The notes under the pieces: model-generated
Told to the model about the DNA's origin: nothing
The model's database searches: none
What the model saw: only the letters and a program-made list of their open reading frames with translations
Position numbers and translations under genes: made by a program
Shown: positions 25,996 to 35,384 of the stretch, piece by piece
How the letters are laid out: every line of letters starts with the position of its first letter
How positions within the stretch are numbered: position 1 is the first letter of the stretch
Assembly (NCBI GenBank): GCA_902489185.1
Contig: CABTZC010000001.1
Location: forward strand, 1-40,568
Origin: an uncultured Brevibacterium sp.
GTDB lineage: Bacteria; Actinomycetota; Actinomycetes; Actinomycetales; Brevibacteriaceae
DNA: 40,568 nt
Direction: 5' to 3'

Positions 25996-27219
25996 ATGAC
26001 AGACGAGATCGTGATCTGCGAGCCCCTACGCTCCCCTGTTGGCGCCTACGGCGGCCAGTTTAAGGCTATCCCGCCAGAAGAGTTAGGTACCCAGGTTGTT
26101 ACTGCGCTCCTCGAACGCAGCGGATTGGACCCCGAGGTCGTCGACGATGTGATCTTCGGCCAGTGTTATCCACAGATGGAAGCCCCAGCGCTAGGTCGTG
26201 TCATTGCTCTCAACGCAGGCATGCCAGTGACTGTTCCAGGTCGCCAGGTCGACCGGCGGTGTGGGTCAGGTTTGCAAGCAGTCATCGACGCAATGGGTGA
26301 AATCGCGACCGGCGGGGCCAAAGTTGTCATTGCTGGGGGAGCTGAATCCATGAGCCGAGCCGCGTTCTTTAACGAGAATATTCGGTGGGGCATCCGCGGT
26401 GGCAACGTCGAGCTGAAAGACTCTTTGGTGCGGGGTCGCCTTACCGCAGGCGGTAAGAACTACCCTGTTCGTGGTGGGATGATTGAAACAGCTGAGAACC
26501 TGCGCCGCGAGTACGGCATTGCGCGTGAAGAGCAGGACAAGCTGGCATGCGAGTCACACCGCCGCGCAACTGCCGCGACTGAAGACGGGCGGTTTGCCGA
26601 AGAAATTGTTCCGATCACTATTCCTGCCACCCGCAAACAGCCGGAACAGCAGATCACGCTTGACGAACACATTCGCCCTGGCGCGAACCTGGATAGTCTT
26701 TCCAAGCTCAAGCCCATCATGGCGAAACAAGATGAAGAGTCGACAGTAACTGCAGGAAACGCCTCTGGTCAGAACGACGGTGCCGCAGCGTGTATCGTCA
26801 CCACTCGGTCAATGGCAGAACAGCTTGGGTTGAAGCCACTAGTACGCATCGTTAGCTGGGGGCTCGCGGGTGTACCACCTCGCACAATGGGAATCGGGCC
26901 CGTTCCAGCTGTTGCCAAGGCACTGGACATGGCGGGCCTGACCATGGCAGACATGGACCTTGTCGAACTCAATGAAGCATTCGCTGCCCAAGCGCTAGCG
27001 TGCACCCGGGAATGGAACTTTGGCGAAGCCGATTTCGAACGTATGAATGTCAACGGCTCTGGAATCTCCCTCGGACACCCCGTGGGTGCTACTGGTGTAC
27101 GCATTCTGACGACTCTGGCGCGTGAGATGCAACGTCGCGAGGCTCGATACGGCATCGAAACGATGTGCATCGGTGGTGGCCAGGGTCTTGCAGCAGTCTT
27201 TGAGCGGGTTGATGGCTGA
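25996..27219 (+). CDS. Acetyl-CoA C-acyltransferase (thiolase)
   Basis: DRRCGSG, NEAFA, GHPVGATG and MCIGGGQG. AAGGAGG SD. Confidence 0.94.
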   Translation: MTDEIVICEPLRSPVGAYGGQFKAIPPEELGTQVVTALLERSGLDPEVVDDVIFGQCYPQMEAPALGRVIALNAGMPVTVPGRQVDRRCGSGLQAVIDAMGEIATGGAKVVIAGGAESMSRAAFFNENIRWGIRGGNVELKDSLVRGRLTAGGKNYPVRGGMIETAENLRREYGIAREEQDKLACESHRRATAATEDGRFAEEIVPITIPATRKQPEQQITLDEHIRPGANLDSLSKLKPIMAKQDEESTVTAGNASGQNDGAAACIVTTRSMAEQLGLKPLVRIVSWGLAGVPPRTMGIGPVPAVAKALDMAGLTMADMDLVELNEAFAAQALACTREWNFGEADFERMNVNGSGISLGHPVGATGVRILTTLAREMQRREARYGIETMCIGGGQGLAAVFERVDG

Positions 27220-28433
27220 TGCCTGTGAAACCGTTGGCAGGTATTACTGTCTTCGAGACCGACTCATTTGTCGCTGGGCCGTCTTCATGTCTGGCACTGA
27301 GCCAGCTGGGTGCCGAGGTTGTCAAAATCGACCCCATTAAGGGCGGCCCAGACATTGATCGGTGGCCCATTACAGCCAGCGGTAAATCCATCTATTGGGG
27401 AACGCTCAACCGCAACAAGCGTTCAGTAGCTATCAACCTGCGCGACCCGGAAGGCCAAGAGCTCGCGCAAGCACTCATTACCTCACCGGGCGAGAAGTCC
27501 GGAATATTTGTGGAAAACAATGTTGGTCGAGAGTACCTGTCTGACAAGGTGCTCCGCGCGAAGCGTGAGGACCTTATCCACGTCAAGGTTCAAGGTTCAG
27601 CAGACGGTGGACCTGGAGTTGATTACACGGTCAATGCATCTTCCGGAATTCCGACGATCACTGGGCCTGCCACTTACGACGGCCCAGTCAATCACGCCTT
27701 GCCCGCGTGGGACCTCTTGTGTGGCCAGGCAGCCGTGACGGCCGTGACAACTGGGCTTTTCCACCGCGCAACGACTGGCGAGGGTCTCTATGAAGAGATA
27801 GCGCTGAAGGACATTGCGCTGTCAGCCGTTGCGAACCTCGGGTGGTACACCGAGGCACTCCAGCCTGCCGGTGAGCGAACTAAGCACGGCAACCATATCT
27901 TCGGCAGTCTGGGCCACGACTTTGCCACTCACGATGGTCGCCACGTCATGGTCACTGCGATCACTAAGCGTCAGTGGCAGAATCTTGTGACGTCAACAGG
28001 ACTAGGTGATGTCATCACTGCCCTCGAGACAAACTTGGATACGGACTTCGCTGAAGAGACCAACCGGTACACCTACCGCGAAGTGATCGTTTCGCTTCTC
28101 AAGCCTTGGTTTGAGAAGCGCACTGCTGACCAGATCCGTAGCGAGCTAAAAGGTTCCGGTGTGCTGTGGGCTCCGTATGAGACCACTGGTGAGGTGGCCC
28201 AGGCGGCGATAGACAAGGCCGGGCCCGAGGTGGTGCGGAGCATGGAGTCGGAAACGCTTGGAACGATGTTGGTCGGCGCCCAGCCGATTCGGGTGAACGG
28301 TGAGTACCTTCCGGAAGGCTCGGAGACTGTGTTTGGTTCGGAGACGGAAGCGGTTCTCACGGAGAAACTTAGCTTGAGCGCGACCGAGCTTGGGCGTCTC
28401 TTTGATGCCGGCATCATCGCAAAAGGTAGGTAG
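27219..28433 (+). CDS. Family III CoA-transferase, mesaconyl-CoA C1-C4 isomerase (Mct)-like
   Basis: GGPDIDRWP, YWGTLNRNKRS, VDYTVNA, PVNHALPAWD and GHDFATHDG are the motif set I associate with the Mct subfamily. Confidence 0.75.
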   Translation: MPVKPLAGITVFETDSFVAGPSSCLALSQLGAEVVKIDPIKGGPDIDRWPITASGKSIYWGTLNRNKRSVAINLRDPEGQELAQALITSPGEKSGIFVENNVGREYLSDKVLRAKREDLIHVKVQGSADGGPGVDYTVNASSGIPTITGPATYDGPVNHALPAWDLLCGQAAVTAVTTGLFHRATTGEGLYEEIALKDIALSAVANLGWYTEALQPAGERTKHGNHIFGSLGHDFATHDGRHVMVTAITKRQWQNLVTSTGLGDVITALETNLDTDFAEETNRYTYREVIVSLLKPWFEKRTADQIRSELKGSGVLWAPYETTGEVAQAAIDKAGPEVVRSMESETLGTMLVGAQPIRVNGEYLPEGSETVFGSETEAVLTEKLSLSATELGRLFDAGIIAKGR

Positions 28434-28510
28434 CGTTACGCGGCCTCCTACAACGAGGTGACCCCGCCGAACAACTATTCATGAATGGGCGCAACAAAAA
28501 AGGAATGACA

Positions 28511-29695
28511 ATGACGCATAAACCACGCCCCCGCCCCGACACTCCTCATTACATGACTGAGGAGCGCTTAGAGCTTCAAGCTCTAGCTAGGCAGTTCTCT
28601 CAGGATGTCGTCCTTCCAATCGCAAACGAACTCGACCCGATTGAAGGTAAATTCCCTCCCGAACTCATCAAACAGATGGGCGAGATGGGCTTCTTCGGAA
28701 TCCTGATCCCGGAAGAGTACGGGGGTCTGGGACTGGGTGTATTTGAATACTGCCTCGTGGCTGAAGAACTTTCCCGGGCATGGATGAGCGTGGGCGGACT
28801 CTTAGCCCGTGGCAACGGAATGGGTGGAGGGTTCACCCAGGAGCAAGAGTCGCGCCTCCTGCCTAAAGTTGCAGCAGGTGAATGGCTCGGCGCGTTCGCG
28901 CTGTCCGAAGCCGAAGCCGGCTCGGATGTCGCCAACATCCGTTGCAAAGCAACCCGCGACGACAACGGAGACTGGATCATCAACGGCACCAAAATGTGGT
29001 GCACGTTCGCCGACCAGGCCGATTACATCATCCTGTTCGCACGAACGAGCACCGACCCGGACCCCACCAAACGCCACCGTGGAATCTCAGCGTTTCTGGT
29101 GGAAAAAGAGCGCGGATCCTTCCCAGAAGGCATGTCCGGAACTCCTGGTAAGAAGATCGGGTACTTCGGTTGGAACACGTGGGACCTCAACTTCGACAAC
29201 TTCAAGCTCCCAGCAGATGCTCTGCTCGGCGAAGAAGACAAAGGCTTCTATCAGGCAGTTTCTGGGCTCGAAGTTGGCCGCGCCCACACCGCAGCACGTA
29301 GCATTGGCCTAGCCCAAGCTGCCCTGGACGACTCAATAAAGTACATGCAGCAACGCGTGCAGTTCAACCACAAGCTCGCCGACTTCCAACATCTCCGCTT
29401 CAAAATCGCAGACATGGCAGCACAAATCGAAGCCAGCCGCCAACTCATGTACCACGTGTGCACACAGATCGACACCGGTCGCCGTTGCTCAAAAGAAGCC
29501 GCCATGGTCAAATACCTTGCGGCCGAAATGAGTGAACGCGTCACTTCCGAAGCCCTCCAAATCCACGGAGGCGCCGGCTACACCAAGGACTTCCAAGTAG
29601 AACGCCACTGGCGCGACGCGCGTCTGACAAAAATCTTCGAAGGCTCCTCAGAAATCCAGATGCGCATTATCAGCGACGAACTACTGGGCAGGTAG
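28511..29695 (+). CDS. Acyl-CoA dehydrogenase
   Basis: ALSEAEAGSD, NGTKMWCT, QIHGGAGY and IFEGSSEIQ. ATG 28511 follows AAAGGA. Confidence 0.93.
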   Translation: MTHKPRPRPDTPHYMTEERLELQALARQFSQDVVLPIANELDPIEGKFPPELIKQMGEMGFFGILIPEEYGGLGLGVFEYCLVAEELSRAWMSVGGLLARGNGMGGGFTQEQESRLLPKVAAGEWLGAFALSEAEAGSDVANIRCKATRDDNGDWIINGTKMWCTFADQADYIILFARTSTDPDPTKRHRGISAFLVEKERGSFPEGMSGTPGKKIGYFGWNTWDLNFDNFKLPADALLGEEDKGFYQAVSGLEVGRAHTAARSIGLAQAALDDSIKYMQQRVQFNHKLADFQHLRFKIADMAAQIEASRQLMYHVCTQIDTGRRCSKEAAMVKYLAAEMSERVTSEALQIHGGAGYTKDFQVERHWRDARLTKIFEGSSEIQMRIISDELLGR

Positions 29696-29737
29696 GGACG
29701 ACAAACAACACTGCACCCAAGGACGTTTGCGACAAAA

Positions 29738-29797
29738 AACTGCTCCCCATGAGTTGGACTGACAAGAACCAGTTCTCAACTCATGGGGAGCAGTTCA
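29738..29797. repeat. 19-bp perfect inverted repeat resembling IS3-family terminal repeats; probable bidirectional terminator
   Basis: AACTGCTCCCCATGAGTTG (29738-29756) and CAACTCATGGGGAGCAGTT (29777-29795) followed by CA, between convergent genes. Confidence 0.75.
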
Positions 29798-29812
29798 GCT
29801 ACAGATGCCTCT

Positions 29813-30559
29813 TTAGATGTGGCGGCCGCCAGAGATCTCGGTGACTGTTCCGGTGAGATAACTGGACATGTCTGAAGCGAGGAAGAGGACCACGTTTGCG
29901 ACTTCTTCAGGCTCGCCTGCACGGCCCATCGGAATTTCGGCAAGTTTCGCGTCGATCACGTCTTGACGCATCGCAGCAGTCATCGCTGTATTGATGAAAC
30001 CAGGTTGGATAGCGTTGACACGCACATTCTTAAACCCGACTTCTTTCGCAGCCGCTTTCGTCATCCCCACAATGCCTGCTTTAGCAGCAGAGTAGTTGGT
30101 TTGGCCAAGCATGCCGACCTTTCCAGAGATTGACGAGACGTTAATAATCGAACCACCAGTCTCCTGTTCACGCATGACACCGGACGCGGTTTTAAGACCA
30201 TTCCATGTACCACGCAAGTGAACCGCGATAACCTGATCAAACTGTTCTTCGGTCATCTTGCGCATGGTTGCATCACGAGTAATACCCGCGTTGTTGACCA
30301 TGACATCGACGGACCCAAACCGATCAGCAGCAGTAGTTACGAGGTTTTCTACCTCTTTCAGATTCACGACGTTACACGCGACTCCCACTGCACGGTCACC
30401 CACGCCTAGACCTGCAGCAGCTTCTTTGACGGCTTCTTCATTCAAGTCGCCCATCACCACATTCGCGCCTTCAGCCACAAAAGCTTTCGCGATCGCTAGC
30501 CCCAGTCCCTGAGCGGCACCGGTCACAACAGCGGTCCGGCCTTCAAGTAAGTTCTTCAT
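29813..30559 (-). CDS. FabG-like 3-oxoacyl-CoA/ACP reductase (SDR)
   Basis: [16 protein letters not shown] and [11 protein letters not shown]. Confidence 0.92.
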   Translation of the reverse strand: MKNLLEGRTAVVTGAAQGLGLAIAKAFVAEGANVVMGDLNEEAVKEAAAGLGVGDRAVGVACNVVNLKEVENLVTTAADRFGSVDVMVNNAGITRDATMRKMTEEQFDQVIAVHLRGTWNGLKTASGVMREQETGGSIINVSSISGKVGMLGQTNYSAAKAGIVGMTKAAAKEVGFKNVRVNAIQPGFINTAMTAAMRQDVIDAKLAEIPMGRAGEPEEVANVVLFLASDMSSYLTGTVTEISGGRHI

Positions 30560-30585
30560 TCAGCATCCTTGTCTTACGTTTTCCT

Positions 30586-30608
30586 AGTCACGCAGGCACC
30601 GCGTGACT
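30586..30608. repeat. Intergenic hairpin AGTCACGC-N7-GCGTGACT
   Basis: Perfect 8-bp arms between the crotonase and FabG-like genes. Confidence 0.5.
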
Positions 30609-30615
30609 GACGAAC

Positions 30616-31380
30616 CTATCTACCAATAAATTTCGTTGCACGCTTCTCAAAAAACGCGCTCTTACCCTCAAGAAAATCTTCCGTAAAGAACAGCTCCGTT
30701 TGACTACGCACCTCAGCCTCTAACGCCTCTTGAAGAGTCGGAACACCCCCAGCCAGAGCCGTTTTAATGTGCTTAACCGAGCCAGGTGCCCGCTGAGCAA
30801 GCCGTCTCGCAGTTTCAGTTGCCACAGCCAAGGAATTCCCATCGTCGACAAGTTCATCGACAAGTCCCAGGTCAAAGCCCTGGTCCGCCTGCACAGGTTT
30901 CGCTTCAAGGAAAATTCGTTTCGCCCGCGCCAATCCCACTCGCTGTGGCAAAAGAGCGAGCAACCCAGCGTCAGGCACCAGGCCCAAGTTAGCGAAAGGG
31001 AACACGAAGCGTGCGCTCCTACCCGCGACCACAACATCGCACACGCAGGCAAGCCCCACAGCCGCTCCAGCCACTGCCTTCTCAACAGCTGCAACCGTGA
31101 CCACCGGCAAACCTGCCACGTAGTTCATGAAGTCTGACACGGCTTCCATACGTTCATGAGCAACAGTTGGGTTTTCCGGTGGCATCGAGGCGAGGTCACC
31201 CCCAGCAGAAAACACTCCTTCAGCGCCGACAAAAATGATCGCCCTTACGCCCTCCGGTAGAGGACGAATAACTTGGAGAATCTCTTCGCGTGCTTGTGCT
31301 GAAAGCGGATTGCGACGCGCAGGCTCACTTAACGTGATCGTCAGGATCCCATCGTCGCACTGTGAGGTTGTGACCTTCAT
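30616..31380 (-). CDS. Enoyl-CoA hydratase/isomerase (crotonase) family, PaaG-like
   Basis: FSAGGDL, AVAGAAVGLACVCD, FANLGLVPDAG and EDFLEGKSAFFEKR. Confidence 0.88.
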   Translation of the reverse strand: MKVTTSQCDDGILTITLSEPARRNPLSAQAREEILQVIRPLPEGVRAIIFVGAEGVFSAGGDLASMPPENPTVAHERMEAVSDFMNYVAGLPVVTVAAVEKAVAGAAVGLACVCDVVVAGRSARFVFPFANLGLVPDAGLLALLPQRVGLARAKRIFLEAKPVQADQGFDLGLVDELVDDGNSLAVATETARRLAQRAPGSVKHIKTALAGGVPTLQEALEAEVRSQTELFFTEDFLEGKSAFFEKRATKFIGR

Positions 31381-32537
31381 GCCTTGTGCGCACCTTTGAG
31401 TAACTGGCGGGCAATAACGAGTTTTTGGATCTCCGAAGTACCTTCATAAATCCGGAAAAGGCGAGCATGCCGGTAGAACCGCTCAACAGCGGTCTCCCTC
31501 ATGTAACCCATACCGCCAAAGATCTGAACACCTCGGTCAGCTACCCGCCCTAACATTTCAGAAGCAAACAATTTGCACGAGCTAGGCCCCAGCTTGCGGT
31601 CGGTACCGTCATCCCACCGCTTAGCGGCTTCAAGCACCATCGCCCTAGCGGCTGCCAGCTCTGCATATGACTCAGCAAGCATGGCCTGAACAAGCTGGAA
31701 CTCACCGATCGCCTGACCACCCTGCTTAGCAACCTTGGCGTGCTCAACTGATTCGTCAAGAATACGAGTCGCCTGCCCCACACACATCGCGGCAATATGC
31801 AGGCGCCCCTTGTTCAAGCTGGCCATTGCCGCATAAAAACCTTTTTCTTCTTCCCCACCAATAAGTGCATCAGGACCGACCACAACATCATCAAAGAAAA
31901 TCTCTGAAGTCCACGCCCCGGCCTGTCCCATCTTCTTATCGTGAGGGCCAACAGTGACACCCTCCGTCTGAGTGGGAACCAAGAAAACAGAAATACCTTT
32001 ACTACCCACCGCGCTAAGGTCTGTGCGCGCAAACACCATGAGGACATCCGACATGGCAGCGTTTGTAATAAAGCGCTTAGCACCGTTAATGATGTAAGAG
32101 CCGTCCTCCTGTTTAACAGCTTTTGTCGTCAGCCCAGACGGATCGGAACCCGCATCAGGCTCTGTCAACGCAAAAGACGCAACAACTTCCCCCGAAGCGA
32201 TCTTGGGTAGCCACTTAGCCTTCTGCTCCTCGGTCCCATAATTCACTAACACCTGACCAGCAATCCCATTGTTGGTACCAAACAAGGAGCGGAACGCCGG
32301 AGTGGTATAGCCCAGCTCGAACGCCAACATCGCGTCCTGATACGCGTTCATACCCATGCCGCCATACTCTTCAGGAATGGCCCACCCGAACAGTCCCATC
32401 TCAGCTGATTCTTGCCGGACGCTGTCAGGGAATGCGTCATTGGCTTCAATCTCAAGTTCAATAGGAATTACACGCTCACGTACAAAAGAGCGAACAGTGT
32501 CCAACACGAATTTCAAATCAGAGTTGTCCATATACAT
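31377..32537 (-). CDS. Acyl-CoA dehydrogenase, DcaA (dicarboxylyl-CoA dehydrogenase)-like
   Basis: AFELGYTTPAFRSLFGTNNGI, NGAKRFITNA, KGRLHIAA and RLFRIYEGTSEIQ. These motifs match DcaA-type ACADs from memory. Confidence 0.88.
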   Translation of the reverse strand: MYMDNSDLKFVLDTVRSFVRERVIPIELEIEANDAFPDSVRQESAEMGLFGWAIPEEYGGMGMNAYQDAMLAFELGYTTPAFRSLFGTNNGIAGQVLVNYGTEEQKAKWLPKIASGEVVASFALTEPDAGSDPSGLTTKAVKQEDGSYIINGAKRFITNAAMSDVLMVFARTDLSAVGSKGISVFLVPTQTEGVTVGPHDKKMGQAGAWTSEIFFDDVVVGPDALIGGEEEKGFYAAMASLNKGRLHIAAMCVGQATRILDESVEHAKVAKQGGQAIGEFQLVQAMLAESYAELAAARAMVLEAAKRWDDGTDRKLGPSSCKLFASEMLGRVADRGVQIFGGMGYMRETAVERFYRHARLFRIYEGTSEIQKLVIARQLLKGAHKA

Positions 32538-32765
32538 CGTCCTCTTTCAGAGACGCCCGCAACGTTGCAAGCCACTAGACAAAATAGCTTCACTCACAAC
32601 AACTATGGCATAAAACGCATAATTAGACCACCATTAAGCCTGTTTTAGTATCAGCTGACACGAGAAGCACGATTGAAGGAGGTGAACTATCTCTCCACGC
32701 AAAGAGGGCGACAAGGGCAAACTCGGCAGACCATTACTTAATTACTGAAAGTAAATATATCTCCT

Positions 32766-32794
32766 TTGACTTATACTTAAACCACCAGTAATCT
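32766..32794 (+). promoter_or_regulatory. Sigma-A-type promoter TTGACT-N17-TAATCT for the ADH-MFS-ALDH operon
   Basis: -35 at 32766-32771, 17-nt spacer and -10 at 32789-32794, within an AT-rich intergenic region. Confidence 0.65.
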
Positions 32795-32877
32795 TGCACC
32801 AACTACCTGTGATTCGGGCCACCATCCGAAGTAACATGCACCAGTTCAATTTGCACGAGCGAGTAAGGACGAAGCCA

Positions 32878-33939
32878 ATGAAGTCTTTCGTTGCGACGGC
32901 GCCGGGAGCGCCACTTGAGGAGCGCGAAGTAGAGAACCCCACTCCACAAGGTCGCGAGGTTCTAGTCCGCAACATTCGGTCAGGCGTTTGCCACACCGAC
33001 CTTCACAGCCACGCAGGCGGCTACGACCTTGGCAGCAAGGGATTCTTCTCCATGACGGGCCGTGGTCTCAAGTACCCCTCCGTGTGGGGGCATGAAGTCG
33101 TTGGCGAAGTCGCCGCCGTCGGCCCAGAGGTCACCAACACGAAGGTAGGCGACGTTCGTCTCGTGTACCCATGGATCGGGTGTGGCGAGTGTGTGCGCTG
33201 CCAGAACAGTGAAAGCAACATGTGCCGCCAGAGCAATGCCATTGGAGTGTTCCGGTGGGGCGGTTTCGCAACCCACTGCCTTGTCCCTGACGAGGACTAC
33301 CTCATTGACATCGATGGCCTGGATCCGTCCTGGGCGGCGACCCTCGCGTGTTCGGGCGTGACCTCCTACGCGGCTGTTAAGAAAGTCCTCCCCGCAGAAG
33401 ACGGCGACACTGTAGTTGTCATCGGCGCTGGTGGCGTTGGCCTGAACGCAGTGGCCATTCTGTCGGCCATGACTAAGGTGCGGATCGCGGTCGTCGACGT
33501 GTCAGATGAGCGCCTCGAGATCGCGAAGTCACTTGGCGCGCACGAATTAGTGAACTCTACGCAGCTCTCTGAAGGCGAGACCCTCGCGGATGTGCTCGGT
33601 GGACCTATCCACGCCGCCATTGACTTCGTCAACAACGGTGCAACCTTTAGCCTGGCATTCGCCTCGCTCGACAAGGCGGGAATCATCGTGCCGGTTGGTC
33701 TCTTTGGCGGAGAAACGACGATTCCAAACGCGATGATGCCACTGCGCGCCATGAGCATTTTGGGTAGCTACGTCGGAAACCTTACGGAGCTCCGTGAACT
33801 CGTTGAGTTCGCCAAGGAGAACGAGTTGCCCAAGCTACCGATCAATGAACGGGAGCTCAGCCTGAAAGCCGTTTCTGCTGCCATGGACGAACTAGAGAAT
33901 GGGCGCGTTTCTGGCCGCATTATTCTCACCAGCGCGTAA
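32878..33939 (+). CDS. Zinc-dependent alcohol dehydrogenase, 6-hydroxyhexanoate dehydrogenase (ChnD)-like
   Basis: GVCHTDLH, the GGYDLG insert, GHE, YPWIGCGECVRC...C, AATLACSG and GAGGVG. ATG 32878 follows AAGGA. Confidence 0.85.
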   Translation: MKSFVATAPGAPLEEREVENPTPQGREVLVRNIRSGVCHTDLHSHAGGYDLGSKGFFSMTGRGLKYPSVWGHEVVGEVAAVGPEVTNTKVGDVRLVYPWIGCGECVRCQNSESNMCRQSNAIGVFRWGGFATHCLVPDEDYLIDIDGLDPSWAATLACSGVTSYAAVKKVLPAEDGDTVVVIGAGGVGLNAVAILSAMTKVRIAVVDVSDERLEIAKSLGAHELVNSTQLSEGETLADVLGGPIHAAIDFVNNGATFSLAFASLDKAGIIVPVGLFGGETTIPNAMMPLRAMSILGSYVGNLTELRELVEFAKENELPKLPINERELSLKAVSAAMDELENGRVSGRIILTSA

Positions 33940-33982
33940 ACGCCCCACTTCCCCTAGAACCACTCCGCTAAGAAAGATCTCA

Positions 33983-35344
33983 ATGATGAGTAATCACAGT
34001 GTCGACTCTCCCGCCGTTCGTGACGAAATTTACCACCCGAAGAAGCTCTCCAAGAGTCAGCAGGTCCGTTCCTTGGCCGCTGTCGTTTCAGGTAACTTCC
34101 TCGAATGGTTCGACTGGACCGTGTACGCGGTCTTCACGACCTACATTGCAGCCAACTTCTTCGACAAGGAAGACCCGGCCTCTGGTGTTCTCCTGACCCT
34201 GGGTGTGTTTGCAGGTGGCTTCCTTGCGCGTCCTCTCGGTGGCCTTATCTTCGGTCGCATCGGCGACACAATCGGCCGCAAAACTGCCCTTGTGATCGCT
34301 ATGATTCTCATGGGTTTAGGTAGCCTTTTGATCGCGGTCATGCCCACGTACGAAACGATCGGCGTGTGGGCCTCGGTGGGCCTTTTCGTGGCTCGCCTCA
34401 TGCAGGGCATCGCCCACGGCGGCGAGTCCGGAAACGCATACACCTACCTCGCTGAGATCGCGCCGAAAGACAAGCGCGGACTGTGGGGCAGCTCGATTAT
34501 GTTCACGGTGACGCTTGGTGTAATGGCCGCGACCGCACTCGGTGCGCTCCTGACCTCGCTGCTGTCCCCCGAAGACATGGGCTCGTGGGGCTGGCGTATA
34601 GCCTTCGGCATTGGCGCGCTTCTCGCATTCTTCGCGTTCTTCGTTCGTCGCGGCGCAACTGAAAGCGAATACTTCAAGGAAGCACAGGCCGAAGAAAACA
34701 CTAAGGCCGAGCGCCAGATCAGCAAGCGTCAGCTCAGCCTCATCGCATTGCGTATCGTCCTGCTGACCGCACTCACCATGGTCTTGTACTACACGTGGAT
34801 GAGCTTCTTCTCGAGCTACGCAATCAGCTCGAAAGGGATGCCCGAGCGTGGCGCCTACCTGGCCAGCCTTGGCGCACAGGTCATCGCGCTTATCGCTCTG
34901 CCGCTGTGGGGTGCTCTGTCGGACAAGATTGGTCGCCGCAGGCAGCTTCAGTACTGGGCTCTTGCCGTCATGGTCATCGTGTTCCCCGTGTCGTGGATTC
35001 TGTCTTCCGAACCATGGACGCTGTTCGTCGCGCAGTCACTTGCGCTCATCGTTTGGGCCATGCAGGCTTCCATTCACTCGACCGTCATGGCTGAACAGGC
35101 CCCGACCGAGGCACGTTCGACGAGCGTTGGCGTGTGGTCATCGGTCGGTGCTGCACTGACCGGCGGTACCGCCCCGTACTTGAACACTTGGCTGACTGGT
35201 CAGGACCTCGGGTGGGTGTTCTCTGTGTACATCATCGCGCTGGGTATCATCACGCTCATCACTTTGAAGTTCACACCGGAAACGAACGGTATCGAAATGG
35301 ACGAAATTCCACTGCCGGGCGAATTCTCCAACCGCAAGTCCTGA
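33983..35344 (+). CDS. MFS metabolite:H+ symporter (KgtP/PcaT-like carboxylate permease)
   Basis: GNFLEWFDW, ARPLGG, GDTIGRK, ARLMQG.A.GGE, WGWRIAF and GGTAPY. Confidence 0.9.
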   Translation: MMSNHSVDSPAVRDEIYHPKKLSKSQQVRSLAAVVSGNFLEWFDWTVYAVFTTYIAANFFDKEDPASGVLLTLGVFAGGFLARPLGGLIFGRIGDTIGRKTALVIAMILMGLGSLLIAVMPTYETIGVWASVGLFVARLMQGIAHGGESGNAYTYLAEIAPKDKRGLWGSSIMFTVTLGVMAATALGALLTSLLSPEDMGSWGWRIAFGIGALLAFFAFFVRRGATESEYFKEAQAEENTKAERQISKRQLSLIALRIVLLTALTMVLYYTWMSFFSSYAISSKGMPERGAYLASLGAQVIALIALPLWGALSDKIGRRRQLQYWALAVMVIVFPVSWILSSEPWTLFVAQSLALIVWAMQASIHSTVMAEQAPTEARSTSVGVWSSVGAALTGGTAPYLNTWLTGQDLGWVFSVYIIALGIITLITLKFTPETNGIEMDEIPLPGEFSNRKS

Positions 35345-35384
35345 AAAACCATCGACCACGACAATCGCGAAAGATGTGCTTTCG

